A program made the position numbers and the translations under genes. A stretch of DNA of 64,000 bases from an uncultured Bacillales bacterium. GTDB lineage: Bacteria > Bacillota_I > Bacilli_A > RF39 > UBA660. The DNA is taken from assembly GCA_902477075.1 (NCBI GenBank), contig CABSFU010000001.1:15881-79880 (forward strand), in the 5' to 3' direction. The notes beneath the pieces are model-generated. The model worked only from the letters and a program-made list of their open reading frames with translations. It was not told where the DNA came from and did not search any database. Positions 47,351 through 57,977 of this stretch are shown here, piece by piece. Each line of letters opens with the position of its first letter. The first letter of the stretch is position 1.

Positions 47351-49342
47351 CTATATTTTGCTTTCTAGTTCTTTTATTAATTCTTCTTTATTCATTTTTG
47401 AATAGTTTTTAATTTCTTTTTCTTTGGCTAATTCTTTTAACTCTGCTAAAGTTAAATCAGATAAGCTAGCTTCTTTGAAATCACTGCCATCTACTTCATT
47501 ATCTTCATCTGGCATTACACCATTTGCTACTAAATATTCAATTTGTTCTTTTGTAATAGTTTCATGTTCTAATAAAGCATTAGCTATTAAATTTAATAAG
47601 TCTCTATTTTCATGAATTGTCTTCTTTGTTATTTCATAGCATTCATTAATAATTTTTCTTTGTTCTTGATCAATTTCAAAAGCTACTTGACCAGAAAAAT
47701 TACGACTCTTATTATAATCTCTTCCTAAGAAAACACTACCTTCTTGTTGTTCATATTGCATAGGTCCTAAATCACTCATACCATATTCAGTAACCATTGC
47801 ACGAGCAATTTTAGTAGCTTTTTCAAAGTCATTTTGTGCTCCTGTTGTAATTTCATTAAATACTTCTTCTTCTGCTACACGTCCACCTAATAAACCGCTT
47901 ATTCTTTGCAATAATTCTTTTTTTGTTGCTAAATAGTTTTCTTCTTTTGGAAGCATTAAATTGTAACCACCAGCTGCTCCACGAGGAATAATTGTAATTT
48001 TTTGAACCTCGTTTGCGCCATCTAATTTAAGTCCCATAACAGCATGACCAGCTTCATGAAAAGCAACTACTTTTTTTTCATGTTCTGTATATTTATGACT
48101 AACTTTAGCTGGACCCATTAAAACCCTATCATGTGCCTCATCAATTTCAGCCATTGTAATCATATTTTTTCCACGTCTAACAGCAAGTAGGGCAGCCTCA
48201 TTTAATAAATTTTCTAGATCTGCTCCTGATAAACCAACTGTTCTTTTTGCAATATTAGTTAAATTAACACCTTTAGAAAATATCTTATTTCTTGCATGAA
48301 CTGCTAAAATTTCTTCTCTTCCTTTTACATCAGGCAAATCAACTGTAACTTGTCGATCAAATCTTCCTGGACGAAGTAGGGCAGGATCTAGTACATCTGG
48401 TCTATTTGTTGCTGCAATAATAATAATACCTTCATTTGCTCCAAAACCATCCATTTCTGTTAACAATTGATTTAAAGTTTGTTCTCTTTCATCGTGGCCA
48501 CCACCTAGTCCAGCACCACGTTGACGACCAACTGCATCTATTTCATCAATAAAAATTAAACAAGGAGCATTATGTTTTGCTTGTTTAAACATATCTCTAA
48601 CACGGCTAGCACCGACACCTACAAAAAGTTCAACAAAGTCAGAACCACTAATATAATAGAATGGAACATTTGCTTCTCCAGCCACTGCTCGCGCTAATAA
48701 AGTCTTACCTGTTCCTGGAGGACCTTGTAGTAAAACACCTTTTGGAATACGAGCACCTAATTTAGTAAATTTTTTAGGATTTTTAAGGAAATCAATTAGT
48801 TCTTGAACTTCTTCTTTTTCTTCTGTTAATCCAGCTACATCTTTAAATGTTACCTTTTTAGTATCTTCATTTAAACGAGCTCTACTTTTCCCAAAATCCA
48901 TAGATTTATTGGCATTTCCCATTTGTCTTGAAATGAAGAAAAAACCTGCACCTACTAAAATAATTAGTGGTAATACATTGATTACAAATAACAATAGAGT
49001 AGAAGAGGCTGGGTCTGTCGTTGCATCCATTTTAAATTGATACTCTTTTTGTCCATTTAATAATTGAGCCATTACTTCCTCTGCTAATGGAGCTGTTACA
49101 GAAAAACTCTCATTTTTAGCATAGTCTTTCATAGTACCTTTAATTTGATAAACATTTGCGTTTGTTAATGGGGTAATTACAATTTCATTAACGTTTGAAT
49201 TATTCATGGCACTTAAAAATTCATCATAACTTAATTCATTTACTTTAGTACCACCAAGGTTTAAAGCAAATAGCATAGTTGCCATAAATAAAAACATAAA
49301 TATATAAGGAACGAATCCTTTTTTTACTGCTTTTTTATTCAT
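47351..49342 (-). CDS. ftsH: ATP-dependent zinc metalloprotease FtsH with a C-terminal HeH/Rho_N-like motif
   Basis: Two TM helices, [17 protein letters not shown], and HEAGHA. The extra C-terminal tail reads [37 protein letters not shown]. Confidence 0.97.
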   Translation of the reverse strand: MNKKAVKKGFVPYIFMFLFMATMLFALNLGGTKVNELSYDEFLSAMNNSNVNEIVITPLTNANVYQIKGTMKDYAKNESFSVTAPLAEEVMAQLLNGQKEYQFKMDATTDPASSTLLLFVINVLPLIILVGAGFFFISRQMGNANKSMDFGKSRARLNEDTKKVTFKDVAGLTEEKEEVQELIDFLKNPKKFTKLGARIPKGVLLQGPPGTGKTLLARAVAGEANVPFYYISGSDFVELFVGVGASRVRDMFKQAKHNAPCLIFIDEIDAVGRQRGAGLGGGHDEREQTLNQLLTEMDGFGANEGIIIIAATNRPDVLDPALLRPGRFDRQVTVDLPDVKGREEILAVHARNKIFSKGVNLTNIAKRTVGLSGADLENLLNEAALLAVRRGKNMITMAEIDEAHDRVLMGPAKVSHKYTEHEKKVVAFHEAGHAVMGLKLDGANEVQKITIIPRGAAGGYNLMLPKEENYLATKKELLQRISGLLGGRVAEEEVFNEITTGAQNDFEKATKIARAMVTEYGMSDLGPMQYEQQEGSVFLGRDYNKSRNFSGQVAFEIDQEQRKIINECYEITKKTIHENRDLLNLIANALLEHETITKEQIEYLVANGVMPDEDNEVDGSDFKEASLSDLTLAELKELAKEKEIKNYSKMNKEELIKELESKI

Positions 49343-49356
49343 AGATTTCTCCCTTC

Positions 49357-50685
49357 TTAATAGTACCTAAGTATTATATCATACTTTTCTTCTTTTTGTT
49401 TGTCAAATTTTGATTTTTTTAATCCCGGAAGCCATACAATGGTATTATTGGAATCCACTACAATTGGCCAACTATCTCTTTCTGAAACTGGAATTTTTTC
49501 ATTGATAAAAATATCGTTTATTTTTTTGCTTCCTAGCATTCCTTTTATCGTCATTTTATCTCCATCCATACGAGTTCTAACTCTTAGTGGAAACTTAATC
49601 TCATCTTTGGATAATCGACATATGTTATTACTACTATCTTTACTATTTTGAATTACTTCAATATTTTTACCATTTGGTAAATTCACATAATCTATAATTT
49701 CAATTTCGTATTCTTTATTCTTAATTACTTCTTGTATAAAGGTTAAATTGTTATAACTTTTAACTGCTTTTAAATTATTTGGCAAATAGATATAGGCATT
49801 TGGTTTTTTCGATTCAATTAAATCATATAGTAATTCAGCATGATGATCCGTAATTAACATTAAATCATCTTGATAAGTTTGTTCTAAAAAATAATAAATT
49901 ACTTTCATTTGTATTACTTTTTCTAATTTATTAAATTCTTCTATATTTAAAATATTTTGAGGTAATACTGTTGGAATAATTTTTCTTACTTGCCTATCAA
50001 TATATTCATTGTATTCTAGCAATGTTTTACTGAATTTATAAAATTTTTGATGAACATTTTTATCTTCTTTTTTAAATTCTGGAACAATATATTTTCGGAA
50101 ACGATTTCTAGTATAAACATCTTTACTGTTAGAAGAATCTATTGCATAATTAATTTTATTCTTTTTATTATATTCTAGAATTTCCGCTTTTGTAACATGA
50201 ATTAATGGTCTTAAAATGGTATATCCATCCATTTCCACTTTTTCTGAAAAACCACTATATCCCCTTAAAGTAGAACCACGAACAATACGCATTAAAATGG
50301 TTTCCATTAAATCGTCCCCATGGTGTGCTGTTAATAAGTATTTAGCATGATATTTTTTTACAATTTGTTCGAAATAATGATATCTTTTACTTCTTGCTTC
50401 ATTATGAAAATTGTCATCACCATAATCATCTATTATCATTCCTTTAAATACAACACCATTATTTTTGCAATATTTTTTTACCATTTCTTGTTCTTCACTT
50501 TGTCCTGGTCTTCCTGTATTATGATTTACTTGTGCACATATTACCTCAATATCAATTGCTTTTTTGATCTGGATCATTAAATGTAACAAAGCCATAGAAT
50601 CAGGGCCACCGCTTACACCAACTACGATAGCATCTCCATATTTAATTTGTGCGTCATTCATTAAAAAATCATATACCTTATCCAT
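49357..50685 (-). CDS. tilS: tRNA(Ile)-lysidine synthetase
   Basis: PP-loop VGVSGGPDSMAL, and TAHHGDDLMETILMR. AGAGGTG lies 5 nt before the ATG at 50685. Confidence 0.93.
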   Translation of the reverse strand: MDKVYDFLMNDAQIKYGDAIVVGVSGGPDSMALLHLMIQIKKAIDIEVICAQVNHNTGRPGQSEEQEMVKKYCKNNGVVFKGMIIDDYGDDNFHNEARSKRYHYFEQIVKKYHAKYLLTAHHGDDLMETILMRIVRGSTLRGYSGFSEKVEMDGYTILRPLIHVTKAEILEYNKKNKINYAIDSSNSKDVYTRNRFRKYIVPEFKKEDKNVHQKFYKFSKTLLEYNEYIDRQVRKIIPTVLPQNILNIEEFNKLEKVIQMKVIYYFLEQTYQDDLMLITDHHAELLYDLIESKKPNAYIYLPNNLKAVKSYNNLTFIQEVIKNKEYEIEIIDYVNLPNGKNIEVIQNSKDSSNNICRLSKDEIKFPLRVRTRMDGDKMTIKGMLGSKKINDIFINEKIPVSERDSWPIVVDSNNTIVWLPGLKKSKFDKQKEEKYDIILRYY

Positions 50686-50788
50686 ATTTACACCTCTGGT
50701 ATCTATTTTATAATAATACAAATTTTTAAGCAAGTAATTAGTTGAACTATTTTATTTACTATGTTAGTATAATGGAAAGAGGGATTTT

Positions 50789-51451
50789 ATGAAAATTATT
50801 AAACAAAAACAAAAAGGAATTTTAACCGTTATTAGTGGTCCTAGTGGAGCTGGTAAAGATAGTATTGTAAATGAAGTAGTGAAAAGAAAAAATATGAATG
50901 TTTGGGTTTCTATTTCTATGACATCTAGAGAACCAAGAGGGACTGAACAAAATGGAAAAGAATATTTTTTTGTTACAAAAATGCAATTTGAAGACCACAT
51001 TAAAAAGGATGATTTTTTGGAGTATGCAGAATATAATGGAAATTATTATGGTACACCTAAAAGCAAAATTAATGAGTATTTAAATCAAGGTATTGATGTT
51101 ATTTTAATTATTGAAATTAAAGGTGCTTTACAAATCAAAAATTTAATACCAGAGGCTTTATTCATCTTTATTATGCCTCCTTCTATGAGAGAATTAAAGG
51201 AAAGATTAATCAATAGGGGAACAGATAGTGAGGAAAAGATTATTTCTAGATTTAAAACTGCTTATCAAGAGATTAATGAAGTTACAAAGTACAACTATGT
51301 TGTTGTAAATGATAATTTAGAAAAAGCTGTTGAAAAAGTAGAAGCCATTTTATTGGCCGAAAAGTGTAGAGTAGATAGAATAGAAGAAATATTTTTAAAT
51401 AATAAAGAAGAATTGATTCATGAAAATTTGTTAGATAACAAAATTTTTTAA
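50789..51451 (+). CDS. gmk: guanylate kinase
   Basis: GPSGAGKDSI, TSREPRGTEQNGKEYFFV, and EYAEYNGNYYGT. Confidence 0.95.
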   Translation: MKIIKQKQKGILTVISGPSGAGKDSIVNEVVKRKNMNVWVSISMTSREPRGTEQNGKEYFFVTKMQFEDHIKKDDFLEYAEYNGNYYGTPKSKINEYLNQGIDVILIIEIKGALQIKNLIPEALFIFIMPPSMRELKERLINRGTDSEEKIISRFKTAYQEINEVTKYNYVVVNDNLEKAVEKVEAILLAEKCRVDRIEEIFLNNKEELIHENLLDNKIF

Positions 51452-51471
51452 AATAACTAATAATAACATAT

Positions 51472-51510
51472 AAAAATCTACACGTCTTTTATTTCGTGTA
51501 GATTTTTTTT
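51472..51510 (+). terminator. rho-independent terminator of gmk, probably bidirectional
   Basis: An 11-bp stem AAATCTACACG / CGTGTAGATTT has an A-run upstream and T8 downstream. Confidence 0.8.
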
Positions 51511-51532
51511 AAACTAATTTTTCCATTTTTTA

Positions 51533-52576
51533 TTATTTTTGTTTTTCATTTTCTTTGTCCATGAATTCTTGATTTAATTGTTCATAAATGGGATTTAAAT
51601 AATTTTGAGTTCCTTTATTAGTCCAGAAATTATGTTTTTTTTGATACAGTATGTTTTCCATTACTTTTACTGAATTCATTTTTGTATCCATTATTTTTTT
51701 CATAATTTCAAAACTTTGTTTGTCATTATTTTCTTTGATTTGATTGGCATATTTTATAGCTCTTAATAACATTCTTTTTTCATTATCATTTAAACTATGA
51801 ATCTCTATATTACTTAAAAAAGCAGAACTAATCATAATAATATTTTGACTAATCTCATCTAGAGATTGAAAGTAAGCATTTTGAAATATCTCTTTATATG
51901 ATTTCATTTCTCCTGATTCATTATAAATTTCTTTTAACCAACTATTTGGATAAAATTCTTTAAACCATTCTTCGTTATGTTCTGTTAATAACAAACTATT
52001 TAATGAGTTAAACATGTACAGAGGATTATATCCGCTTAAATAATTATTATATACTTGCAATCTTAATTCATATTCTTTTTTTTGTTTTTCTGATAAAATA
52101 TTATATTTTTTTAAATAATCCATAGCACTTTTATATCCATATTGCGAAGCATCTATTTCAATGAAAAAAATATCATGATGTTTTTGATACAATCTTTTTT
52201 TACTAGAAAGTACTATAGTTTCTATATTCCAAAGAAATCCTATATAATTGTTAGCATATGATTGATAACCATGGCGACATTCGTGAAAAAGAAGCTTAGC
52301 TAAAGCATTTTTTTGATATATTTTATTTCTAAGTAAAACTACTATTTTATCTTCATAGGCATTATAATAACCATATACTCTTTTAAAATTCATTAGTGCC
52401 TTTACTAAAAATAATGACTTTTTTTGAAGAGATATTTTCTTTTGCAATGCTTCAACATTTAAATAATCTATAATTGTATAACTATTGGTATTCATATTTA
52501 TATGATATTTTTTACTTTCAGAAATTGTGATTTCTTCAATCATACTTTTTAATTGACTTACTACTTGATTTTTCAT
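51533..52576 (-). CDS. hypothetical protein with a single HExxH motif
   Basis: LLFHECRHGYQ is the only recognisable feature. No signal peptide or TM helix is seen. Confidence 0.5.
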   Translation of the reverse strand: MKNQVVSQLKSMIEEITISESKKYHINMNTNSYTIIDYLNVEALQKKISLQKKSLFLVKALMNFKRVYGYYNAYEDKIVVLLRNKIYQKNALAKLLFHECRHGYQSYANNYIGFLWNIETIVLSSKKRLYQKHHDIFFIEIDASQYGYKSAMDYLKKYNILSEKQKKEYELRLQVYNNYLSGYNPLYMFNSLNSLLLTEHNEEWFKEFYPNSWLKEIYNESGEMKSYKEIFQNAYFQSLDEISQNIIMISSAFLSNIEIHSLNDNEKRMLLRAIKYANQIKENNDKQSFEIMKKIMDTKMNSVKVMENILYQKKHNFWTNKGTQNYLNPIYEQLNQEFMDKENEKQK

Positions 52577-52581
52577 TTATT

Positions 52582-53232
52582 TTACCAATTTATTTTACTC
52601 ATACCATTTTTTTCTAAAAATTGATTTGCTTTTGAAAAAGGTTTACTTCCAAAAAATCCTCTAGAAGCAGATAGGGGAGATGGGTGAACACTTTCTAAAA
52701 TCAAATGATTTTTATTTTGAATTAATTCTTTTTTACTTCGTGCATAACTTCCCCAAAGAATAAATACCATTGGCTTTTCCCTTTCTCCTAATTTTTTAAT
52801 AATATTGTCTGTAAATATTTCCCATCCTTTATCTTTATGAGAAAGAGGGGTATCTTTTACAACAGTCATAATAGAATTTAATAATAACACTCCTTGCTTC
52901 GCCCAATCAGTTAAATCAGTTTGCGTACGAACAACACCAATATCATCTTTTAACTCTTTAAAAATATTTCTTAAACTTGGAGGCATAGGAATACCCTCTC
53001 TAACAGAGAAAGACAACCCATGAGCTTCTTTATCACCATGATAGGGATCTTGACCTAATATTACCACTTTTACATCATCATAATCTGTATATCGTAAAGC
53101 ATTAAAAATATCTTTATATTCTGGATAAATCGTTTTATGTCTATATTCATTTTTGACAAAAACTCCCAATTTTTCAAAATATGGACTTTCAAATTCATCT
53201 TTTAAAACGACATCCCATTTTTTGTTAATCAT
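52582..53232 (-). CDS. ung: uracil-DNA glycosylase (family 1)
   Basis: VVILGQDPYHG, GVLLLN, and HPSPLSA. Confidence 0.96.
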   Translation of the reverse strand: MINKKWDVVLKDEFESPYFEKLGVFVKNEYRHKTIYPEYKDIFNALRYTDYDDVKVVILGQDPYHGDKEAHGLSFSVREGIPMPPSLRNIFKELKDDIGVVRTQTDLTDWAKQGVLLLNSIMTVVKDTPLSHKDKGWEIFTDNIIKKLGEREKPMVFILWGSYARSKKELIQNKNHLILESVHPSPLSASRGFFGSKPFSKANQFLEKNGMSKINW

Positions 53233-53253
53233 ACTACCACCATAAATATTTTA

Positions 53254-54549
53254 CTATTTTTTATGATTTTCAACAATAGTTACTTCTAAAATATCTTTTT
53301 TTAACTTCAAAATAGAGAAAGTATTAATAATGGTTAATAAAGCAACTAGTATATCCACAACATTCCATAGTAGTGTAGGAGAAGTAATACAACCTATATA
53401 AACAATTACCATCGTAATTACTTTTAATAGAAACAATTTAATATTATTTGTATTTTTATCTAGATATTTATAAGATGATTCACCATAGTAATATCCCGTT
53501 AAAATAGTAGAAAAAGCAAAGAAAAAAATAGAAATTACAACAATATAATGACCATATTTAGGAATATGATATAAAAAAGAAGATTCTATGATTTCAATTC
53601 CATTTAAAGAAGAAAAATCTAAATCAATGTAATTACTAGAAAGAACAATAAAGGCAGTGATTGTACAAATGATAAAACTAGTTAAATAAACACCCAAAAC
53701 TTGCATATTTGCGAGAGATAGGGAAGAATCATTATTAGAAACACTTGCTGCTATACTACTGGTTCCAAGACCTGCTTCCGTAGCAAATACTCCTCTTTGA
53801 ATACCAACAATAAAAGTTGTTAAAAAACCTGTTATAAATGGTTTAAAATAAAATGCTGAACTCAAAATTAATTTCATAATTTCAGGAATTTGATTCATAT
53901 TTTTAAATAAAATAAATAATCCTGATAGTAAATAAATAAACATCATAACAGGAACTATTTTAGAAGAAACTTTCGCTATTTCTTTGATACCATTCAAAAT
54001 CATCGTAAAAGATAAAATTACTAATATAACACCTATTATACTAGGAGAAAGTGCAAAAATTTCCCTAATAGAAACGGTAATTGTATTTGTTTGAATACTA
54101 ATAAATCCACCAATGTAACTTATGATAATTAAAATAGCATATAATCCCCCTAATTTCGGATAACAAAGGCCTTTTTTTATATAATAACTTGGTCCACCTT
54201 TATACAAATCTCCATCTTTTTCTTTATAAAGAGTTCCTAAGATTGTTTCTGAATAACAAAGTACAGCAGAAAGAATAGTCATTATCCATATCCAAAAAAT
54301 ACTACCTGGTCCACCTATATAAATAGCAAGGGCTATTCCAGCTATACTACCAATACCAATTTTTCCAGCAAGCGACATCATAAATACAGAAAAATTAGAT
54401 AATCCTTTTTTTTCTTTAGAATGAAAACTAAAAAGAATTTTTTTTAAATTAAACTGTGGAAATCTCAAATAAAATGTCAAATATACACTGGTTACAATGA
54501 TAAAAGATGTTGCTACTGCCCACAATATACTGTTAATATGTTGAAACAT
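53254..54549 (-). CDS. alanine/glycine:cation symporter (AGCS) family transporter
   Basis: GKIGIGSIAGIALAIYIGGPGSIFWIWIMT...GGPSYYI. The protein is polytopic. Confidence 0.88.
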   Translation of the reverse strand: MFQHINSILWAVATSFIIVTSVYLTFYLRFPQFNLKKILFSFHSKEKKGLSNFSVFMMSLAGKIGIGSIAGIALAIYIGGPGSIFWIWIMTILSAVLCYSETILGTLYKEKDGDLYKGGPSYYIKKGLCYPKLGGLYAILIIISYIGGFISIQTNTITVSIREIFALSPSIIGVILVILSFTMILNGIKEIAKVSSKIVPVMMFIYLLSGLFILFKNMNQIPEIMKLILSSAFYFKPFITGFLTTFIVGIQRGVFATEAGLGTSSIAASVSNNDSSLSLANMQVLGVYLTSFIICTITAFIVLSSNYIDLDFSSLNGIEIIESSFLYHIPKYGHYIVVISIFFFAFSTILTGYYYGESSYKYLDKNTNNIKLFLLKVITMVIVYIGCITSPTLLWNVVDILVALLTIINTFSILKLKKDILEVTIVENHKK

Positions 54550-54618
54550 GGTATCACCACTACCATTATATGGTGGAAAAGTTAAAAATTATGTAAAAAA
54601 AAAGAAATATACACATTT

Positions 54619-56283
54619 CTATTTTTTAATATTGAATACTACTTGGTATTTATCTTCGAAATCTAATTCTTCTAATTCAACCTCATATCCACTATTTTCT
54701 ACAGAAGTTTTACATTCACGTATCATATTAATAATAGAACGGAAATCTTTTTTAGCTGGTTCACTAGATATTTCTTCTTCATTCGTTTGAATAACCGGTT
54801 CCTTTTTTAATTCATTTTGAATAGATTCTACTGGAATTTTTGTAGTAAATTCTGAATCATCATTCAAATGATAAGGATTTACAGAAGTAAATAATTCTTC
54901 TTGTTCTTCTGGTTTTTCTTCCGTTACTTTTTCGTTATTATAATTATATGTTTCTGGTTCTACTGATGGTAGTTCAGTTAAATTATGAACGGCTTCTTCT
55001 GATAATTTTTCACTATTTTCAAATGGATTTGAAATTTGTGTATTATTTACGTTATCATCAATATTGCTATTAGTAGAAGAAAAAGTAGTAAATTTTTCAG
55101 AAGATTGAGTATCATCTATTTTTGAATCTAGTGTATTTGTTTCTTCAGAATAAGTATTATTATTTGTATTAGAATTAAATGGATTTAATACTTCTACATC
55201 ATCATTTAAAAATGGATTAAATGGTTTCTCTTCTCTTTTTGGAATTCCAAAATCCATATTAGTTTCTTGATTTTCTACATTTTCTACAAAATTTGGATTT
55301 TCGTCTTTTGGCGCAAAATTAAACATATTGAAAAATTTTCCTCTTGGTTGTTCTACATGCTGTTGTTGTACCGGATCTTCTTCTGGAATAGGAGCCATTG
55401 CGCTTGGTGCTGGAGCAACTGGTTCTTTTGCTTCTAATAAAGCATCCACATCAGCTGGCTTTTCCTCTTTAAATATATCTTCTGCATTTTTTTCTATTTT
55501 CTGAACATCCATAAATCCTGGATTAACAGGAGTAGATGAAATTGGTTCTATTGTTGGAACTTCTTCTTGATAAATAGGATTATCAGGAATATTAAATTCG
55601 TTTTTTATTTCATCATTCATTTTTGCGCCTACACTTTCATTTGTTATTATTTTTTGTTCACCAGAATCGTTAGAATTACTTTCATTTAACATTTTATCTA
55701 CTTCTTCATCTGTTTTTCTTACTGTTAAACGTTCATTGATAATTCTACTTAACATATTTATTTGATCTTTATCGTTCAATTTTAATAATGATCTAGCATG
55801 TCTTTCTGAAATTTTACCATCTAATAATGCTTCTTGTACTTCATCGTTTAAATTTAAAAGTCTTAATTTATTCGCAATTGTAGATTGTGTTTTTCCTAAT
55901 TTTTCAGCTAATTCAGTTTGATTAAGATACCCCATATCTAATATTTTTTTATAAGAAACCGCTTCTTCTATTGGCGTTAAATCTTGTCTTTGAACATTTT
56001 CTATTAGGGCAATTTCAGCACTATTTTTATCATCTAAATCCGTAATAATAGCCGGAATAGTTGTTTTACCTGCTAGTACAGAAGCTTTATATCTTCTTTC
56101 ACCTGCTATAATTTCGTATTTATCACTAATTCTTCTAACAACAATTGGTTGAATAACACCATGTTCCTTAATTGATTCTGCAAGCTCATTAATATTTTTA
56201 TCATTAAATTGTATTCTCGGTTGAAAACGATTTGGTAAAATATCATCTAAATTTAATATTTTTATCTCCTTATCCATGTTCAT
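54619..56283 (-). CDS. ParB/Spo0J/Noc-family protein with a long acidic low-complexity C-terminal extension
   Basis: LPNRFQPR, GVIQPIVVR, IIAGERRYKAS, and HTH LNQTELAEKLGKTQSTIANKLRLL. About 330 further residues are rich in E/N/P/T. AAGGAGGG lies 8 nt before the ATG at 56283. Confidence 0.85.
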   Translation of the reverse strand: MNMDKEIKILNLDDILPNRFQPRIQFNDKNINELAESIKEHGVIQPIVVRRISDKYEIIAGERRYKASVLAGKTTIPAIITDLDDKNSAEIALIENVQRQDLTPIEEAVSYKKILDMGYLNQTELAEKLGKTQSTIANKLRLLNLNDEVQEALLDGKISERHARSLLKLNDKDQINMLSRIINERLTVRKTDEEVDKMLNESNSNDSGEQKIITNESVGAKMNDEIKNEFNIPDNPIYQEEVPTIEPISSTPVNPGFMDVQKIEKNAEDIFKEEKPADVDALLEAKEPVAPAPSAMAPIPEEDPVQQQHVEQPRGKFFNMFNFAPKDENPNFVENVENQETNMDFGIPKREEKPFNPFLNDDVEVLNPFNSNTNNNTYSEETNTLDSKIDDTQSSEKFTTFSSTNSNIDDNVNNTQISNPFENSEKLSEEAVHNLTELPSVEPETYNYNNEKVTEEKPEEQEELFTSVNPYHLNDDSEFTTKIPVESIQNELKKEPVIQTNEEEISSEPAKKDFRSIINMIRECKTSVENSGYEVELEELDFEDKYQVVFNIKK

Positions 56284-56311
56284 AATTAACACCCTCCTTA
56301 TTCTGTAATAT

Positions 56312-56357
56312 ATCTTACTATATTTTGGGAAATAATGCAATTATTTTCCGGGAAATA
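56312..56357 (-). promoter_or_regulatory. putative parB-like promoter (TTGCAT-17-TAAGAT) overlapped by two GGGAAATA-containing imperfect palindromes
   Basis: -10 is at 56312-56317 and -35 at 56335-56340 (reverse strand). TATTTTGGGAAATA is at 56321-56334 and TATTTTCCGGGAAATA at 56342-56357. Confidence 0.4.
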
Positions 56358-56402
56358 TTTTGATTTCTTTTTTTATATTAGACTTTTTTATGAAATACCA
56401 TG

Positions 56403-56455
56403 GCAAAATAAAAATGCACCAACGTTACTCGCAAACTAGTAAGTAACATTGGTGC
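56403..56455 (-). terminator. rho-independent terminator downstream of the GNAT gene
   Basis: A 14-bp stem (56416-56429 / 56442-56455) is perfect on the minus-strand RNA with one G-U pair, but has a C-A mismatch on the plus strand. It is followed by ATTTTTATTTT on the minus strand. Confidence 0.8.
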
Positions 56456-56550
56456 TTAAACCGATTTTAAGAACTACCTCTTAACATAAAAATTAATTAA
56501 TAATATAATTCTGTTCTTTTAAAATATTTTTTTCTCATCTATATAATAAC

Positions 56551-57108
56551 CTAACGTTTTTTTTGATTTATTTTATACAGTTCATTAAATCTTTCATTTG
56601 ACAATATGCTTGTATAATTTGTTATTGAAATCCCATTCTTTTGCCAAGCATTTTCTTTAACTTTATACGGTTCAAATCCTAATTTTTCTCCTATTGCCTT
56701 AGATTTAATGTTACCTTCGTCATATCCACATAATATATTTTCATATCCTTGACTAAATAAAAATTTTATTATTTCAATAACTGCTTCGCTTGTATAACCT
56801 TGTCTCCAATAGTTAGGGTGAGTATTAAATGCAAGTTCTATTGCCTTAATATTTTTTTGTTCCCTATCTGCAATTACATTTCCAATTGGCTTCATCGTAT
56901 CCTTTAAATATATAACCCAATCATAACTTTCTGGTTCTACAATTTCAAAACCTTCTATTTTTTTAAGGTCTTGTTTTTCAAATATAAATTCTCCTGCAAT
57001 ATCTCTTAATTTCAGAAAATTATATTCATATACTTTTTGTAAGTCTTCAAGTGTTCCTCTTTTTAATATTAACCTCTCTGTTTCTAATTGCGGTGTTTCA
57101 TACATCAT
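56551..57108 (-). CDS. GNAT-family N-acetyltransferase (RimJ/RimL-like)
   Basis: TERLILKRGTLEDL...WRQGYTSEAV...GFEPY. GGAGA lies 8 nt before the ATG at 57108; the track start is 57123. Confidence 0.8.
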   Translation of the reverse strand: MMYETPQLETERLILKRGTLEDLQKVYEYNFLKLRDIAGEFIFEKQDLKKIEGFEIVEPESYDWVIYLKDTMKPIGNVIADREQKNIKAIELAFNTHPNYWRQGYTSEAVIEIIKFLFSQGYENILCGYDEGNIKSKAIGEKLGFEPYKVKENAWQKNGISITNYTSILSNERFNELYKINQKKR

Positions 57109-57275
57109 AATTATTATCTCCATTTTTTATATGATATTTTTCAAATGTTATATTTTTTTTATTAATTTTTACTTTTTCTATAGTGCTTTAAGCAGCAATT
57201 TATGATGAGATTATAATTGATTCAAAAAAAGTATAAATGTATTTTACATGTATTACTTGCTTATAGGCGAAAGAT

Positions 57276-57977
57276 TTAAAGCCTATTTTTCTTAATTTCA
57301 TTATTTTTTCTTGGAAAATGTTTATTTTCTTTTTCTTTTTTAAATAATAAAATTGTTCTTTTACTATTTTCTAATGGTAGTAAAAATTCTTCTTTTCGAA
57401 TTAATTTTGTTGATAATTGCTTTAAAGCATTATCAATTTCTTTTACTTCTTCTTCTACATTTGCCTTCATTGCTATAAAATATTTCCCAACTTTTGTCAT
57501 AGGAATAGCATATTCAAGTAAGATACTAGTATGCGCTACTGCTCGAGCTGTCGTAACATCAAATTCACTTCGATGAGATAGGGCATATTCTTCTGCTCGT
57601 GCATGAACAACCTCTATATCTTTTAAATTTAATTTTTGAATTACAGCTTTTAAAAATTCTACTCTTTTGTTTAAAGAATCTAATAAAGTAACTTTTAATT
57701 CTGGAAAACAAATTTTGATAACTAATCCGGGAAATCCAGCTCCTGTTCCTATATCACAGAAAGATTCTACTGTATTTAAATCTATTATTTTTACTATCGT
57801 TAAAGAATCATAAAAGTGCTTTAAGAATACTTCATCATGTTCCGTAATTCCTGTTAAATTCATTATTTTATTATATTCCACTAACATTTCATAATAAATT
57901 TCTAATTGTAATAATTGTGTTTCTGTTAATTGAATATTTAATTTTTTTAATTCTTGAATAAAATTATCTTGTTTCAT
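57276..57977 (-). CDS. rsmG: 16S rRNA (guanine527-N7)-methyltransferase
   Basis: NLTGITEHDEVFLKHFYDSL and DIGTGAGFPGLVIKI. Confidence 0.95.
   Translation of the reverse strand: MKQDNFIQELKKLNIQLTETQLLQLEIYYEMLVEYNKIMNLTGITEHDEVFLKHFYDSLTIVKIIDLNTVESFCDIGTGAGFPGLVIKICFPELKVTLLDSLNKRVEFLKAVIQKLNLKDIEVVHARAEEYALSHRSEFDVTTARAVAHTSILLEYAIPMTKVGKYFIAMKANVEEEVKEIDNALKQLSTKLIRKEEFLLPLENSKRTILLFKKEKENKHFPRKNNEIKKNRL

Noticed and set aside
50764-51000. 78-aa minus-strand ORF overlapping the 5' part of gmk
   Set aside because: It is antisense to guanylate kinase (P-loop GPSGAGKD), and no SD is present.
57131-57205. 24-codon very hydrophobic plus-strand ORF (MIFFKCYIFFINFYFFYSALSSNL) in the GNAT-rsmG spacer, considered as a type I toxin
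   Set aside because: It has no Shine-Dalgarno sequence, no obvious promoter and no antisense-RNA architecture. Phe/Ile/Tyr-rich peptides arise by chance from T-rich spacers.
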